A DNA stretch of 64,000 nucleotides from Vicugna vicugna. Its lineage: Eukaryota. The stretch lies in NCBI GenBank assembly GCA_013265495.1, contig MU058017.1:312375-376374 (forward strand), read 5' to 3'. A program made the translations under genes and the position numbers. Shown here piece after piece: positions 37,701 through 49,485 of this stretch (within the stretch, counting starts at the first letter, position 1; every line of letters starts with the position of its first letter). The notes beneath the pieces were generated by a model. The model was given only the letters and a program-made list of their open reading frames with translations. It was not told the origin of the DNA and did no database searches.

Positions 37701-39004
37701 CAACATGCAGTGTGATCCCCCACCCTCTGGTCCTCCAAGCAACCCTCTGAAGATTAGGTCTTTCTGCAGGCCTTGGCTTCCTTCTCTTCCACCAGAACCC
37801 CATAAACTTACATACGTATAATTTAAAGAAGGTATAGCACTTGAGACTAGACTGTGATCTTCTGAGAGGTTCACTGTTCTAGATGTTGAATGAAAAGGAA
37901 AAAAAAGAGAAAGAGAGAGAGGGAAGAGGAGGAGGTTAAGCAAAAAATGAATGCCCTTTGGAATTTAGAGAATCACTTTAGCATTGTGTAAAAAGGACCC
38001 CTTACTACCCAAAGCATCTAGAAATTTAAATTAAAAAAAAAAAGATCAGTTCACAGATTGTTACAAAAATCCTAAGGATATGATGCAAAAGATCTTCCAA
38101 TGATCTGGCAGTCATTAACATCAGTTTACACCCCACAGTAGTAAATCAAGATTTCTGCAAAAGTTCTCCTTTGCAGAGACACAAAGAGTGAAGAGTGAGA
38201 AAGAATATTAACCACATTTCAGCACCAACACAGAAGCCACTAATCAGACATTCCACTATGGCTTTGGTAACTACGCTTGCTGTTTGAGGAATGAGGTTCT
38301 TTATAGTCTGTCCTCAAGCAAATAGATTTGCAGGAAGGGGGTTAAAGGGAGTCACACAAGGTCGGAATGTCTATAATCTGGGGGCCCTGTGTCCGCAAAT
38401 CCACAAAGCCGTTGAAATTGCATGGAATCAAGCTGAAGTGACTGAAACAAAAATGTTCCCAAGAGCTGATCATAGAGTAATCAGCTAAAATAATAATGAA
38501 TTCTAACTTCTCAATGTAACATAATAGCAAAAGCCTACAGAACACCTATAGCTGATATGTAAAATGTTAAAACACACTGGTGGTCCACCTTCAATCTCCT
38601 CTATTAATTTTGGGCTCACTTCCATTGTCCTTCCTGGAAAACAAAAGCTGCCCTTCTCTCCTCCAGCACAGGATTTGCAGATGCAGTCATGTCCTTCTGT
38701 GCCACCCTATTTTTTTCTTTCAGTGGAAGAAATCTCTTTTCAATTCTTATAGATCAAGTTTCTGGAGTACCACTCATACTTGTGGCATTTCTCATTATCA
38801 AAAGTCTCATTCTTCTCTTAAAAGGATTTAAATTTTCACTCCAACAAATAAAAAAGCTTTACATTTTTCTAAACCTTAATTCATAGACCTAGAAGAAACG
38901 TAACTTAAACTTGCTACATGCCTCCAAACCGAAATGAAGTTTCAAGCACTTTTATTTACCTAGACCCTACTCTAACTTCCTTAGGTTTAAAAACTTAGAG
39001 AATC

Positions 39005-39170
39005 ACACCATATAAATGCTGAAAGGATCCTTGGAGCTAATTTTAACTAAAGTTAATGTCACAGATGAGAAAAGTCAGGGAGCTTGATATCTTGCCTAAG
39101 CTCACCCAGACATGTGTAACGGAACCAGGGCTGGAGTTCATACAGCCAAGCTGATCAGTGTTCTCTCTTG
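39005..39170 (-). mobile_element. MIR-family remnant
   Basis: gctgaaaggatccttggag...acagatgagaaaagtcagg...cttgcctaagctcacccag...gaaccagggctggagttca. Confidence 0.7.
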
Positions 39171-42100
39171 AATAACTATAATGTGTCTTCCTCATATAAT
39201 GTGTATCTAAGATGTCTCTGACTACACTGAGAGTTCTCTTGGAATGTAACATACTGTCTTCTCAGAAACCATAACTGGTAGAGGTTTGGGGCTGCAGCTA
39301 TACCTCTACTACAGAATGTTTGGAAACACTGACACAATACTTGGTGAAGAGTGAAATCACTGATTGTCACCATCATGGGTACCTTGTGTGATTATCCTCC
39401 ATTCCAGGACCTGATACACAGTAACTCCTTGGTAAATATGTGTTGAATGAGTGAGTGAAGAAAAGAGGCTAAGTGTAAAATATCCACATTTCTTACCTCC
39501 TTCCATAAAAATCCTCGTTAAGTCTATAGGAACTTGTAGAAGCTCAAATCTCAAGTATAACAAATTTAAGATTCCTCTTGCATTAGGAAATGTAAGAGAG
39601 ATCATTTAGCCTTATCAATGGCTAAATTATCAAGCCTTATCAAGAAGCCACTTCCCTGGCCTGCAGTACTTTGACTAGTCCTTCTTACATTTACCTGAGT
39701 TCTAGAAATAAAACTATTATTTGCAGCAGGCTTAAGATCTAGTTCCAATTTTTATGCGACAGAACAAATATGTGATGATTCCCAGCATAATCTTTCTCTT
39801 TTCCTACCCCATTGACAATGGGTTGCCAATATAACCTCATAGCTTCTCCCCGGGTCTTTAAGGAGAGAAAGGACAAAATATCCGTAATAGACTATCAGAG
39901 AAAATTGTGCGGGACGTAGCTGTTGAGGGGTGCAGGCATAAGAAGTGCTACGACACGGGGAGGGGGGTGTGGGGGGTGCGGAGAGGACAAGAGTATACAG
40001 AGAGGATGGTGCAGCTAAGAGGGTCCATTCCTCTGAAACAGAACTCTGGAGAGTTTTGAGGTGCTGGAGAAGAGATTTTTAATGTGAGTGATTGTCTGAG
40101 CTAAGACCCACTCAAGTGTTTGGGCAATGAAATCCTATTTGGGTCAGGCTTCTTTCAGTATAACACCATTTGAAGACTGGCTCACAGGGGTGAAAGCTTT
40201 GTATGCATGCATCTATTAAAGCTCTTCTTAACCCTTTACTGGACTTCCACTGAGAAAACAGCCTCATTTGACCTCATTTTAGACTTGACTCTGACCCAGG
40301 GTACTAATTCCACGAATGTCATGTCATCAAAATGTTCTCTGCTAAGATAACAATACAATTTTTGGTAATACATAAAGTTACCCTGTGTGGAAAATGATAA
40401 ACGTAGAAAAGAATATTTATGTATCTTTTCTGGAAAAACTTTACCTTGATAAGTGGACAGATGTTACTGCAGATGCGTCTTTCCTTTCCTCTAAAGCATG
40501 CCTGACAATTGTTTGCATATCTTTGAAACAGTAGTTGTGTTTCTGAAATGGATTTATTGTATGTTAAAATTTACAGTCTATGACTAAGCATCACTTTGAA
40601 AACACAACTTTTAAGTTAAGTCTTTCTTGAAGACTATCTTTCTTAAGCTCCCTTGATGTGTTTACATTTCAGGATATTTAGGTATTGGCATCATTTGATG
40701 TGCTGAGATTAAAGACAATTAGTCACTTCATGTACTACTTTTCCAACTCTAACTGAATATGCCTGGGTGTGGGTGTCAGCTGTTGGCTTCTCCAGGAAAT
40801 AAAATGTATCAGCCTGTCGGGGAGCTTCTCCAGTCCTTTCTGTTAGCTAGATAAAACAGCTGTTTTACTGAAATTCTGGACTGTGGTTAAGGTTTCACGT
40901 ATTAGGGCAACTATGGCTGGTTTACTTCACTACCCAGCAGCAGAGTGGCTAAGCCGCAGCTGTTCTCAGCCCAACAAGAGGATGGCAAGTCTTCAGAGCT
41001 GGTCGAAGAGCTTTGTCCCCAGGCAGCTGGGAGACATTATGTCAGCTAGCCTCCCATTTACATGTTCCTCCAACAATCATGCCATGTGCACGCTAAGGAC
41101 AAATCTAAACTTGGTTCATAAATTCAAAGGGATGACTGTACATTATTATATTTCTTTCAAGATCGGAACTTAATGATTGTCCTGTCTTAAAGTCCAGGGC
41201 TCGTGGTGTTCATCAGTGCTATAAATCTGAACAAGTGGCCTATCGTTAAAAGGCAGACACAAGATAAGGCCAAGGAGTACATGGCGGGGGACACTAGGTG
41301 GAGCTAAGAATTTGTGGCTTAGGTGGCCAATACTGTTGAGGTTGGAAGAATGAGGGAAGAAAAGGGATCCGCAGCAAAAAATATGCTAATGGATCCACAA
41401 TCCCTAGTCCATCCTCACGTCTAGTTCCTCTTCCAGCTCCCAATTTAGTCCAGTCCCCTGCTGTTCAAATGAGTGGGGAGAGAGGTTGTTGACCAGTAGA
41501 GGGAGCCAGGGGTTTGAATGTCTCAAAATAGAAAACTGACTTGTTCCCAGAGGGTGCCTTCAGATTTGAATTTTTCTGATAAAAGACAGAACAAGTTGTC
41601 CTTCACAACCGGTGGCTAAAATGTACCACAGGAGTGTATCACATTGTTGGTTTTCTTTTTAAAAAAAAATTCCCAATTTAAGCCTCTAGAATAAATCACC
41701 TGCATTTCACCAATGCCAGAAATGTCTAGGCTTGTAGAAGTTTATTTGAAGGAAAAATAAGGCAATCTTAGAAAACGTTGTTTTCCAAGGCCACCACCAG
41801 CCAAGACTAAATGATCAATTCAGTAGTCAATAAACCAAGGCAGCTGGGGGTCAGAGAGAGATGAGTGCAGAGCTAGCAGAGGGCTGAGAAGATCTCATGG
41901 GTTCCAAAGGGAAGTCCTGGTGCCCTGCCAGGACTACACTCTCTTGTCAACAGGAGGTGGGGTGGGGGGTGGGGGCTGGAAGAGATAAGAAGGCAGACAT
42001 GGGCCAGTCTTCTCCAATCAGGATGGCCCAGAACCTGCACTCCTGGGTACTGATCTCTCCTGGGAGGAGCCAGAGTCTTGCCTAGACCAAAGTGAACTTC

Positions 42101-42961
42101 TTTCCATTGAACATTTCCATTGCACGGAAGAGTGGGGATGGCTTGTTAAGACTTGAGACAATTGCATAATTCAGAACCCTTTGGGGTATAGAGATCAATT
42201 AGGACCATAAAAAAATAAATCCCTGGCACACCAGAGAAGGGCTGCTTGCTTTGTAAAAATTAGGACATTGACAGGAATACTGAGCAATCCTTTCTCTAAG
42301 ACTATTACTGATCTCAGGAGAGACAAAGCTATGAAGTTTGTATGTATACCTGTGCTGAGAATCCCCTGTTCCGGAAAATCTTCAACGTTTTAATCCCTGA
42401 AACATCTAGACTCTTTCTGGGGCCTTGGGCAAGTTATTGATCATCTGTGTACCTTAATTTACTTAACTTAAATAGAAAAGCAATTCTCAAATAACCATGC
42501 TCTTTACCATTTAGAGACACCTGAGGTCTTGCCAAGTATTTTACAGAATGGTGCAATTTAAGCGTACATAGTGAAGGGACTGTATTCACAACACCTGGAG
42601 CTGGCTCCTAGTCTTTGTACAGAACTAAGTCGGAATATAATTCCAAATAAGCACATAACTGTTCAGGAAGTATCAAGAGCGTTTCTTTGTGTCTTAGCGT
42701 ACAGAGGACAATTCTACATGTCTCAAGGGGCCAGGCGAGGTCAAGGGTAAGTAGAAAAGGGAAAAGAAACAATAATTAAATTACAACTGGAAGAGTCTCA
42801 AGAGGCCTTTATGTTCACCTATTCGTATTTTGACATCAGTCAAAAGAAAATTCCTCACACAGAAAAAAGGTCTTGTGATTTAAAAGTTCTATTTTAAATG
42901 GAGAAAAGTGATATTTTAAATAACAGTTATATTGTATAAAATCTCTGAATGCCACTTCCTT

Positions 42962-43237
42962 AGCTTTTTCCAAAGTGTGTTTCAAAAACAGTAATACCTG
43001 GGATATTAATGTGTTTATGCAGAAAAAGGTTCTGTGGTCAAATAGAGATATTCAATGAAATAATATGATCAATTTTATTCACTGCAAGACTTCATAAAGA
43101 CCTTAATATGCTATGTATTTCTTCATACTTAAAAAAAGATACAGTACATAGTGTGCCTTCAACTTATTTGATGACAAATCTTCCCAACCTGAGAGCATCT
43201 CTTGGAACTGGTATTCTATGAAACAACTTGGGAACAG
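42962..43237. mobile_element. Probable old hAT-type MITE
   Basis: Imperfect terminal inverted repeats (ttccaaagtgtgttt ... aaacaacttgggaa) and internal aaaaaggttctgtggtcaaata / aacttatttgatgaca motifs. Confidence 0.5.
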
Positions 43238-43499
43238 TTTAGGATCTGGGACAAGGTATATTCACTGATGCTAGTTAATATATAATACACATGGAGTGTC
43301 AATATAGATTATGTGCTATGTCAAACCATAAAATAAGAAATAATCCCAATGTGATTTCCAAAACCAGTTGGAAAAGGGAACAAAAGAAGCAGATGAACAT
43401 GTCTTGGTTCTATGGCTCAGTTCTTTATAATAATAGCAGCAGAAATACCAGAATAATTTAAGTTTTTTACAAACAAAGTTAGATGGGGGAGTAATTAAA

Positions 43500-43657
43500 A
43501 GAGAGCGAGAAGTGATAGAAAGAAAGAAAGAAAAGGAAGGGAAGAAAGAAAGAAAAGGAGGGAAGGAAGGAAAAGAAAGAAAGAAAGGAGATAGAGAAAG
43601 AAAAAAGGAGGAAAGGGGGAAGGAAGAAAGAGAAAGAAAGAAAAGGAAGAAAGAAAT
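43500..43657. repeat. Polypurine (GAAA/GGAA)n low-complexity tract
   Basis: About 155 bp, almost all A/G. Confidence 0.95.
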
Positions 43658-44189
43658 ATTGGACAAGTTGAAATGATCTTTTCCTTTCCTCTTCTTTCCC
43701 AGTGTCTGGATATTGTGTTACAAATAGATAAATGGCCAACGATGTGCAATAAGTCCAGTAAACAAAGAGCCTAGATAATGTCGTGAATTAGCTCAACAGT
43801 ACCTGAGCTGATGATTCTCTGTTTCACCATAACCACCATTAATTAACCAAGATCATTACCCAAACATCTTCCTTGAGCATTTATTTTTTCACTATCAATA
43901 GGGAGCTAATTTCTGGAATAGGAACACACTGATATTCTAGGGGACTATGTATATAGGGACTATTTGGTTTATCAATCACACTCAGACCTCCTGCCCCCAT
44001 CAAATTGACTATTTTTTTTTTAGGGCCCTACTCCAGGACTTCTTTTCCCCTTTACAAAGACAATGCTGTGAGGCCAGAATTCCAAAAGCAGCATGGTGTA
44101 GCACCCTCTCCTTTGAGAAAATAAGTAGATCACAGTCATCCAAGGGAGAAACTCAAACTCATCATAACTAGTTATAATAATAGATAGTA

Positions 44190-44352
44190 TCTAGTAAATG
44201 TCTAACAGGACCAGACACTGTGCTGGTCTCATTATCTCTATTCTTTATATCAACCCTGCAAAAGGTGGTATTATCACTCCCAACTTAAAGATGAGAAAAA
44301 ATGGAGCCTCTATTTGGGCAAGCAGATTACCCAGGGTCACACAGCTAGAAGG
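44190..44352 (-). mobile_element. MIR
   Basis: ccagacactgtgct...caaccctgcaaaaggtggtattatcactcccaacttaaagatgagaaaaa...ttacccagggtcacacagctagaa. Confidence 0.8.
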
Positions 44353-44932
44353 TGGCATAAAAGGGAGAAAAAACATCAACTCCCAATGACAATGCCTCTG
44401 ACTCATAAAGAAGGTGAGAAAATTCCAGTGGCTCTGTTCCTAGACACTGCCGACTGGCTCTGTTTTTTGTTTAATACTGTGATTTTAATTTCTTTTTCTT
44501 TTCTGTATTTTTTCCTGAAAGCATGCTGTCATTTTGGGGCCAAAAAAGTAAGGGCTGTGTAACTAGAAAAATAAACAAAAAAAAAAGCTATCACTCCTCC
44601 CTAGGGTAATTCATAAGGGCTAAGGTTTCTCCATAAATTCTCCCCAAGTGATCCCAAGTTGCTTGGCATGAGTCTGGGAAAAAGAGTGACAAGCTAGCAG
44701 GTCATTCCTAAGGCAGCAGAAATTCCCATGATTATATGAGAAACAGACTAGAACAGAGGCATGTTATAAAGTTTACTCTGGCTCCACAGATCATTCTTTT
44801 CAGTGTTACCTTTACGGCATTTCATACCCAAGCAGTGGGGTTGAAGACAACTTAACTGATGCCCCAAGCCATGTGAGTCACCTAGACAAAAGTCTACTGT
44901 CTACCCTGCTGCTTAACCTGTGTGAGAGCGTA

Positions 44933-45340
44933 AAGGTATCCCCCACTTTTCAAGTTCACTTTAAGCGGCTTCACTTCTACAAAAGACCTAAACTAGTACC
45001 TGTTTTTGCTAATCTAAGGAAATCCAAAGAGGATTTTATGCGGGGGAAAAAGGCAAATAGCAAAAATAGCATCAGCTTCCTTTTTGCAAGCAAGCTGTTT
45101 TAGAGGCAGCGCACATGCCCAGCAGCGAGAATGGCACCGCCAAGCTCCTTCCCTGGGAACTACACTCAGCACCAAGCCGCCATAGCTTTGAACTGTGTCT
45201 GTGAGCATCTGTGCTTTATCTCAATTTATTTTTTGCATCCACTAGCAAGGTGTGTCCTAAAGTATTTGCTTCTTTCCTTTATGCCATTTTGTCTTATGAA
45301 AGGTTTCATAGGAACACGTGCCATGTTCAGATAGCAGGGG
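44933..45340. mobile_element. TcMar-Tigger MITE (artiodactyl type)
   Basis: Starts ta|aaggtatcccccactttt (TA target plus Tigger-type TIR) and ends ttcagatagcagggg (partial complementary TIR). The ~400-bp body resembles the artiodactyl Tigger MITE as I recall it. Confidence 0.7.
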
Positions 45341-45470
45341 TGGGGGTGGGTATAGCTCAGTGGTAGAGTTAGGTCCTGGGTTCAATCCCCAGAACCTCCA
45401 TTAAAATAAATAAATGAATGAACCTAATTACTCCCCCCGCAAAAACAAACAAACAAACAAACAAACAAAA
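45341..45470 (+). mobile_element. Camelid tRNA-derived SINE with internal deletion
   Basis: gggtatagctcagtggtagag..aggtcctgggttcaatccccag, (CAAA)n tail, flanked by agcagggg (45333-45340, 45473-45480). Confidence 0.9.
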
Positions 45471-46537
45471 TCAGCAGGGGAAGTTAGCACACAGAAATAA
45501 GTATACTTCCAGCACTTCTTTTGTGCTGTGACAAAGACGACAGAGGAAACAAGGTCTAGCTCTTTCCACATGGTCACTGCTACTGTATTTTTTTGTCTTT
45601 GTATTTGTACTGATCGACCCTCTCTGCATGGGGTATTCCCCATCTGATCTGCTGAATTAAATTGTTCTCCTCCAAGATTTAGATCAGTACCTGCTGCTCT
45701 GAGAGGACCCGCCTACACCCAGATTGCCTCAGGCTGCATGTGCACTTCCCCAGGCTCCCTAGTTCTCTGTGCACAACCCTACCATGGCCATGTCCACTCT
45801 GTAATGGCATTGGCTTGTTTTCTGTATAATACTGTGGGCTCCTTGCAGGATTCACGTCTTGTTTCTCTCTGCCCCTTCAATGCTTAGCACACAATAGGAG
45901 CTAAACAATAAAGGGGGAAAGAAAAAAGAATGAGGGAACAAAATGCAGTGATATGAATGAGAAGGCTCTAAATATGCTTTTCTCTATCCCCATAGATTGT
46001 CCCAAGAAGACACATTCACAAGTGTGAGCACACAGGTACCATGTCACTAGGCTCAACTCTGGAGCTAACTGTGGGACACAAGATGAATCCCTGCTGGGAT
46101 GCTAGAATTAAATCCTGGCCTTCTGTATACCAAATGACATAAGGAAAAATTATTTGCTGGGTAATGCCACTGTCCCAGGACTGTCATTACCCTGCTCAAA
46201 AATATTCAGTGGCGTTAGGAAACAGAACACCTCAGCTTGCTGGTCGATCCCTCAGTCTCTGTCACCCCAACCCGATTTCCATCTCCATCCTCTCTAGTCT
46301 ATACCAGGAATTTGACCTAAGCCAGATGGACTATTCTTCCCCCCAACATTCTTTTTTCTTTTCTCTACTGAATATCCCCTGCTGTCCTTTACACTTGTCA
46401 AAATAACCATAAATTCAAGGTCCCATTAAGGTCTTCCTAAACATTGCAGCCTGCATTCATCTTTCCCGCTTCTCAACTGACAAGCAGTTATTATAAAAGT
46501 CACTTCTGTGTTGCCTAGACCCTGTATTGAAGAAATC

Positions 46538-46751
46538 GGGGCTGTCTACTAGAAGTTTCTGCAATAATGGAAATGTATTATAGCTGAACTGTCCAATGTG
46601 GGAGCCACCAGCCTTATATGGCAACTGAGCACCTGACGTGTGGCTAGTGCAACTGAGGTACCAACTTTTTTATTTTATGTTACTGTAACTTCTTTAAAGC
46701 TAAAATTAAATAACCACATGTTGCTAGTGGTTACTGTATTGGACAACACAG
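46538..46751 (+). mobile_element. MER3 (hAT-Charlie MITE)
   Basis: gctgtctactagaagtttctgcaataatggaaatg...tgagcacctgacgtgtggctagtgcaactgagg...ccacatgttgctagtggttactgtattggacaacacag. Confidence 0.9.
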
Positions 46752-48599
46752 AACAGTTAAGTTTTCACATGCTATGTCTTGTATCCTTGGTGAGCATAAA
46801 AACTACTGGGAAAAAAACTGAATAAGATGCTTTTTGTATCGTCAGCAAATGCCATGACCACAGTAGTATTCATTAAATGTTATGTTCAATGCATTGCTTG
46901 ACTACTGGGTCTGCCTTTAATAGTTATATTATCTTAAAGAAGTCCTATCCCCTGCATATACAATTTTAATAAAATGATACAGATGGTATTTGCTTTTTTT
47001 TTAATGGCTTAAACTCGCTCAGAATGGCACTATATCATTACCTGGATCCTTTATCACTTTACAGACAAAATGAGATGAAGAGTGATTTGAATTGAGTCTC
47101 TGGAAGTTCCATTATTCATTACTATTCTGTCTCTTTTCCTTTTGGGGGGAAACATGTTTTAAATGCTTTTTAAACAGTTTCAGACCTGCTGAGACATAGA
47201 ATTGCTTCAGTTTTCAATATGACCTTCTCTACACAGAAAGACTGTTCCCAGGGATCTGAAACAAGTTCAGCCACCAGATTTTTGCTTTTCTCTCCCCCTG
47301 AAGCCCCATCACTTTCTGAAGGCAGGTAGTTCTCTATCATAGATTTTCCCAGAACATTTTTGACTTTATTTCCAGTGAACAACCTGAGGCTTTTTGAAGA
47401 AGGCTGAACCTCTACCAGCAGGTCAGGGGAGGTCGCAGGTCTTTGGAATTTGACAATGATATGCCCCTGGCTCTTGCTGTCTTAGCAACAGCCCTTCAGG
47501 GATCATTATGCCAATAGGCCAACCATGCAATAAAATTCTGTGTCTGGTAAAGCCAAGAGCAAAGTGATCAAACAGTCTGGCTGCAGATTAGATTCTGACT
47601 TATTAATAAGCCTTCAGAAAATAAACCAGAGTGAATCTCTAACAGTAACAGTTTACAGGAGATGTTTAATGATTTCGGAGCTCGGCCACATTGCATGCCT
47701 TCCTTCTGACTCAGTGAGAGCGGGACAAGGGCAGAAGAGATGCTCACGGAGCCAGGGCAATCAGCTGTATCTTTTCCATTCACAGCTAGGTTTATTTGGA
47801 GGGACTGGAAAAACCTTCAATGAAAACTTTTTTTTTAAATAATAAAATAAAAGAATTTACCCTGTTCTCATCAGCCAGACATCAAGAAATAATTATGGGT
47901 GTGTATTTTCCTCTGCCTTGTGAAACATATCCTAATTCTAGGATAAGCAAACTTTATAGTATGGTAAAGACGGCAGTAACATTTCACTTGTAAATTTTGT
48001 TATATTTAGCAATAAAAGAATCACCATGTGTTTAAGTCACATTTGAATACTTATAAATAGAATTCTCATCTGAAGACATGAAACAGTAACTAAAGAAAGA
48101 ATCCATGACTCCTTTGCAACAGAGCAAGAACACTGGAGAAGTTTGGTATCTTATTTTCTAAAATAGTATTCATTACAACCCTATTAGCAGGAGAGTGTTA
48201 GTATCTTAATTTAGGGACTTTTAAACATGAAGATAGTGATGATGAGGATGGTGATAATGACTTTGTAGAAAAACTGATAGTTTATAATATTTATTTTATA
48301 TACATTCCTTCATTTGAATTAGATATTTTGTCTACATTTTACACTTAGAAATATTTAAGTACATTTTATAACATCATTTAGATAGTAAGTGTTGGAAGTG
48401 GAATATGAACCTGGATCATCCCATTCCTGAAGTCCTCTTCTTTAAGCTAAGACTTAACAGTACCTTACCCAGGGATGGTTCTGGCAGTGTAAATGAGAAA
48501 CTATAGCAAAGGAAAGCAGAATGATCTGTAATGGGTTATAAGTAACCCCAGACTGAGATTGTGCTTTTCAAGAAGATAGAAACCAAACTCCCAACAATG

Positions 48600-48815
48600 A
48601 TAGCAGTTAACGTATATTGAAGGTTTACTCTGTGCCAAGCAGAATGCTGAAAGCTTTTTTATTCTTATATATTATTACATTTTATCCTGACACTTTCCCA
48701 TGAGATAGAAAACCGTGTAAGAGATTAAGTAACTTCTTCAAAGTCACATAGCTGTAAGAAAAGTAACCAGACTATGAAACCAGTAGATTCCTGAGCTCTC
48801 ATCTTTTACTGCTAC
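48600..48815 (-). mobile_element. MIR
   Basis: atagcagttaacgtatattgaaggtttactctgtgccaagc...gagattaagtaacttcttcaaagtcacatagctgtaag. Confidence 0.75.
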
Positions 48816-48970
48816 ATCACTGACAGTTTTTAGCCCCAAAGAATTAGTCACCACACCCTATTAATCATCTGTGGACAAACAGATTTGCAGTAGTAGAAGG
48901 ACCAGCAACATCAGAAATGCCACTAATAATCAGCAGGGATAGTTTTGTAGGTTTGCCATACAACTTATGA

Positions 48971-49116
48971 TTTTTTTCTTTTTTCTTCTCTTTTAATTTT
49001 GGGGGGAGGTAATTAGGTTATTTATTTATCTATTTCTAATGAAGGTACTAGGGACTGAACCTAGGACCTCATGCATCCTAAGCACATGCTTTACCACTGA
49101 AATACACCCTTCTCAC
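48971..49116 (-). mobile_element. Camelid tRNA-derived SINE
   Basis: T-rich tail, ggggaggtaattaggtt and gactgaacctaggacctcatgcat..ttaccactga; the reverse complement of the 6638 family. Confidence 0.9.
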
Positions 49117-49269
49117 CAGTTTATAATTTCAAATAACACATAATTCATTTTAAACGTGCCTGTAATTTTTAAATGGTATTTTTAAATTCCCCTTTTAATT
49201 AATGCCAAAATGTATGTCATTTATGGAGAAAAAACAAAACATCTTAAATCAGCGATGAGAAGCCACTGG

Positions 49270-49485
49270 CATAAATAAAAGCACTGAATTTAGCATAAGA
49301 AGTCATGAGATCAAGTACTGCTTCTGCTGCCCAGCAGCACAACCACTCTGGGCAACATAGTGAGTGTGAGTCTTCCTTTTCTCTGCTCTAAAGTAAGTCT
49401 ACCTCTCAGGATTGCTATGACGTTAAATAATGTAACATATGAGAATGTGTCTGGCACTCAGAAGTTACTCAGTAAAAGTTATTTG
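49270..49485 (+). mobile_element. MIR remnant
   Basis: aaaagcactgaattt..agaagtcatgagatcaagtactgcttctgc...tacctctcaggattgctatgacgttaaataatgtaacatatgaga. Confidence 0.65.

Noticed and set aside
39840..40220. G-rich segment with ATTAAA as a possible ancient LTR or G-quadruplex
   Set aside because: I could not assign a family or termini, and there are only three long G-runs.
43316..43749. F/S/L-rich minus-strand ORFs
   Set aside because: Translations of the (GAAA/GGAA)n tract.
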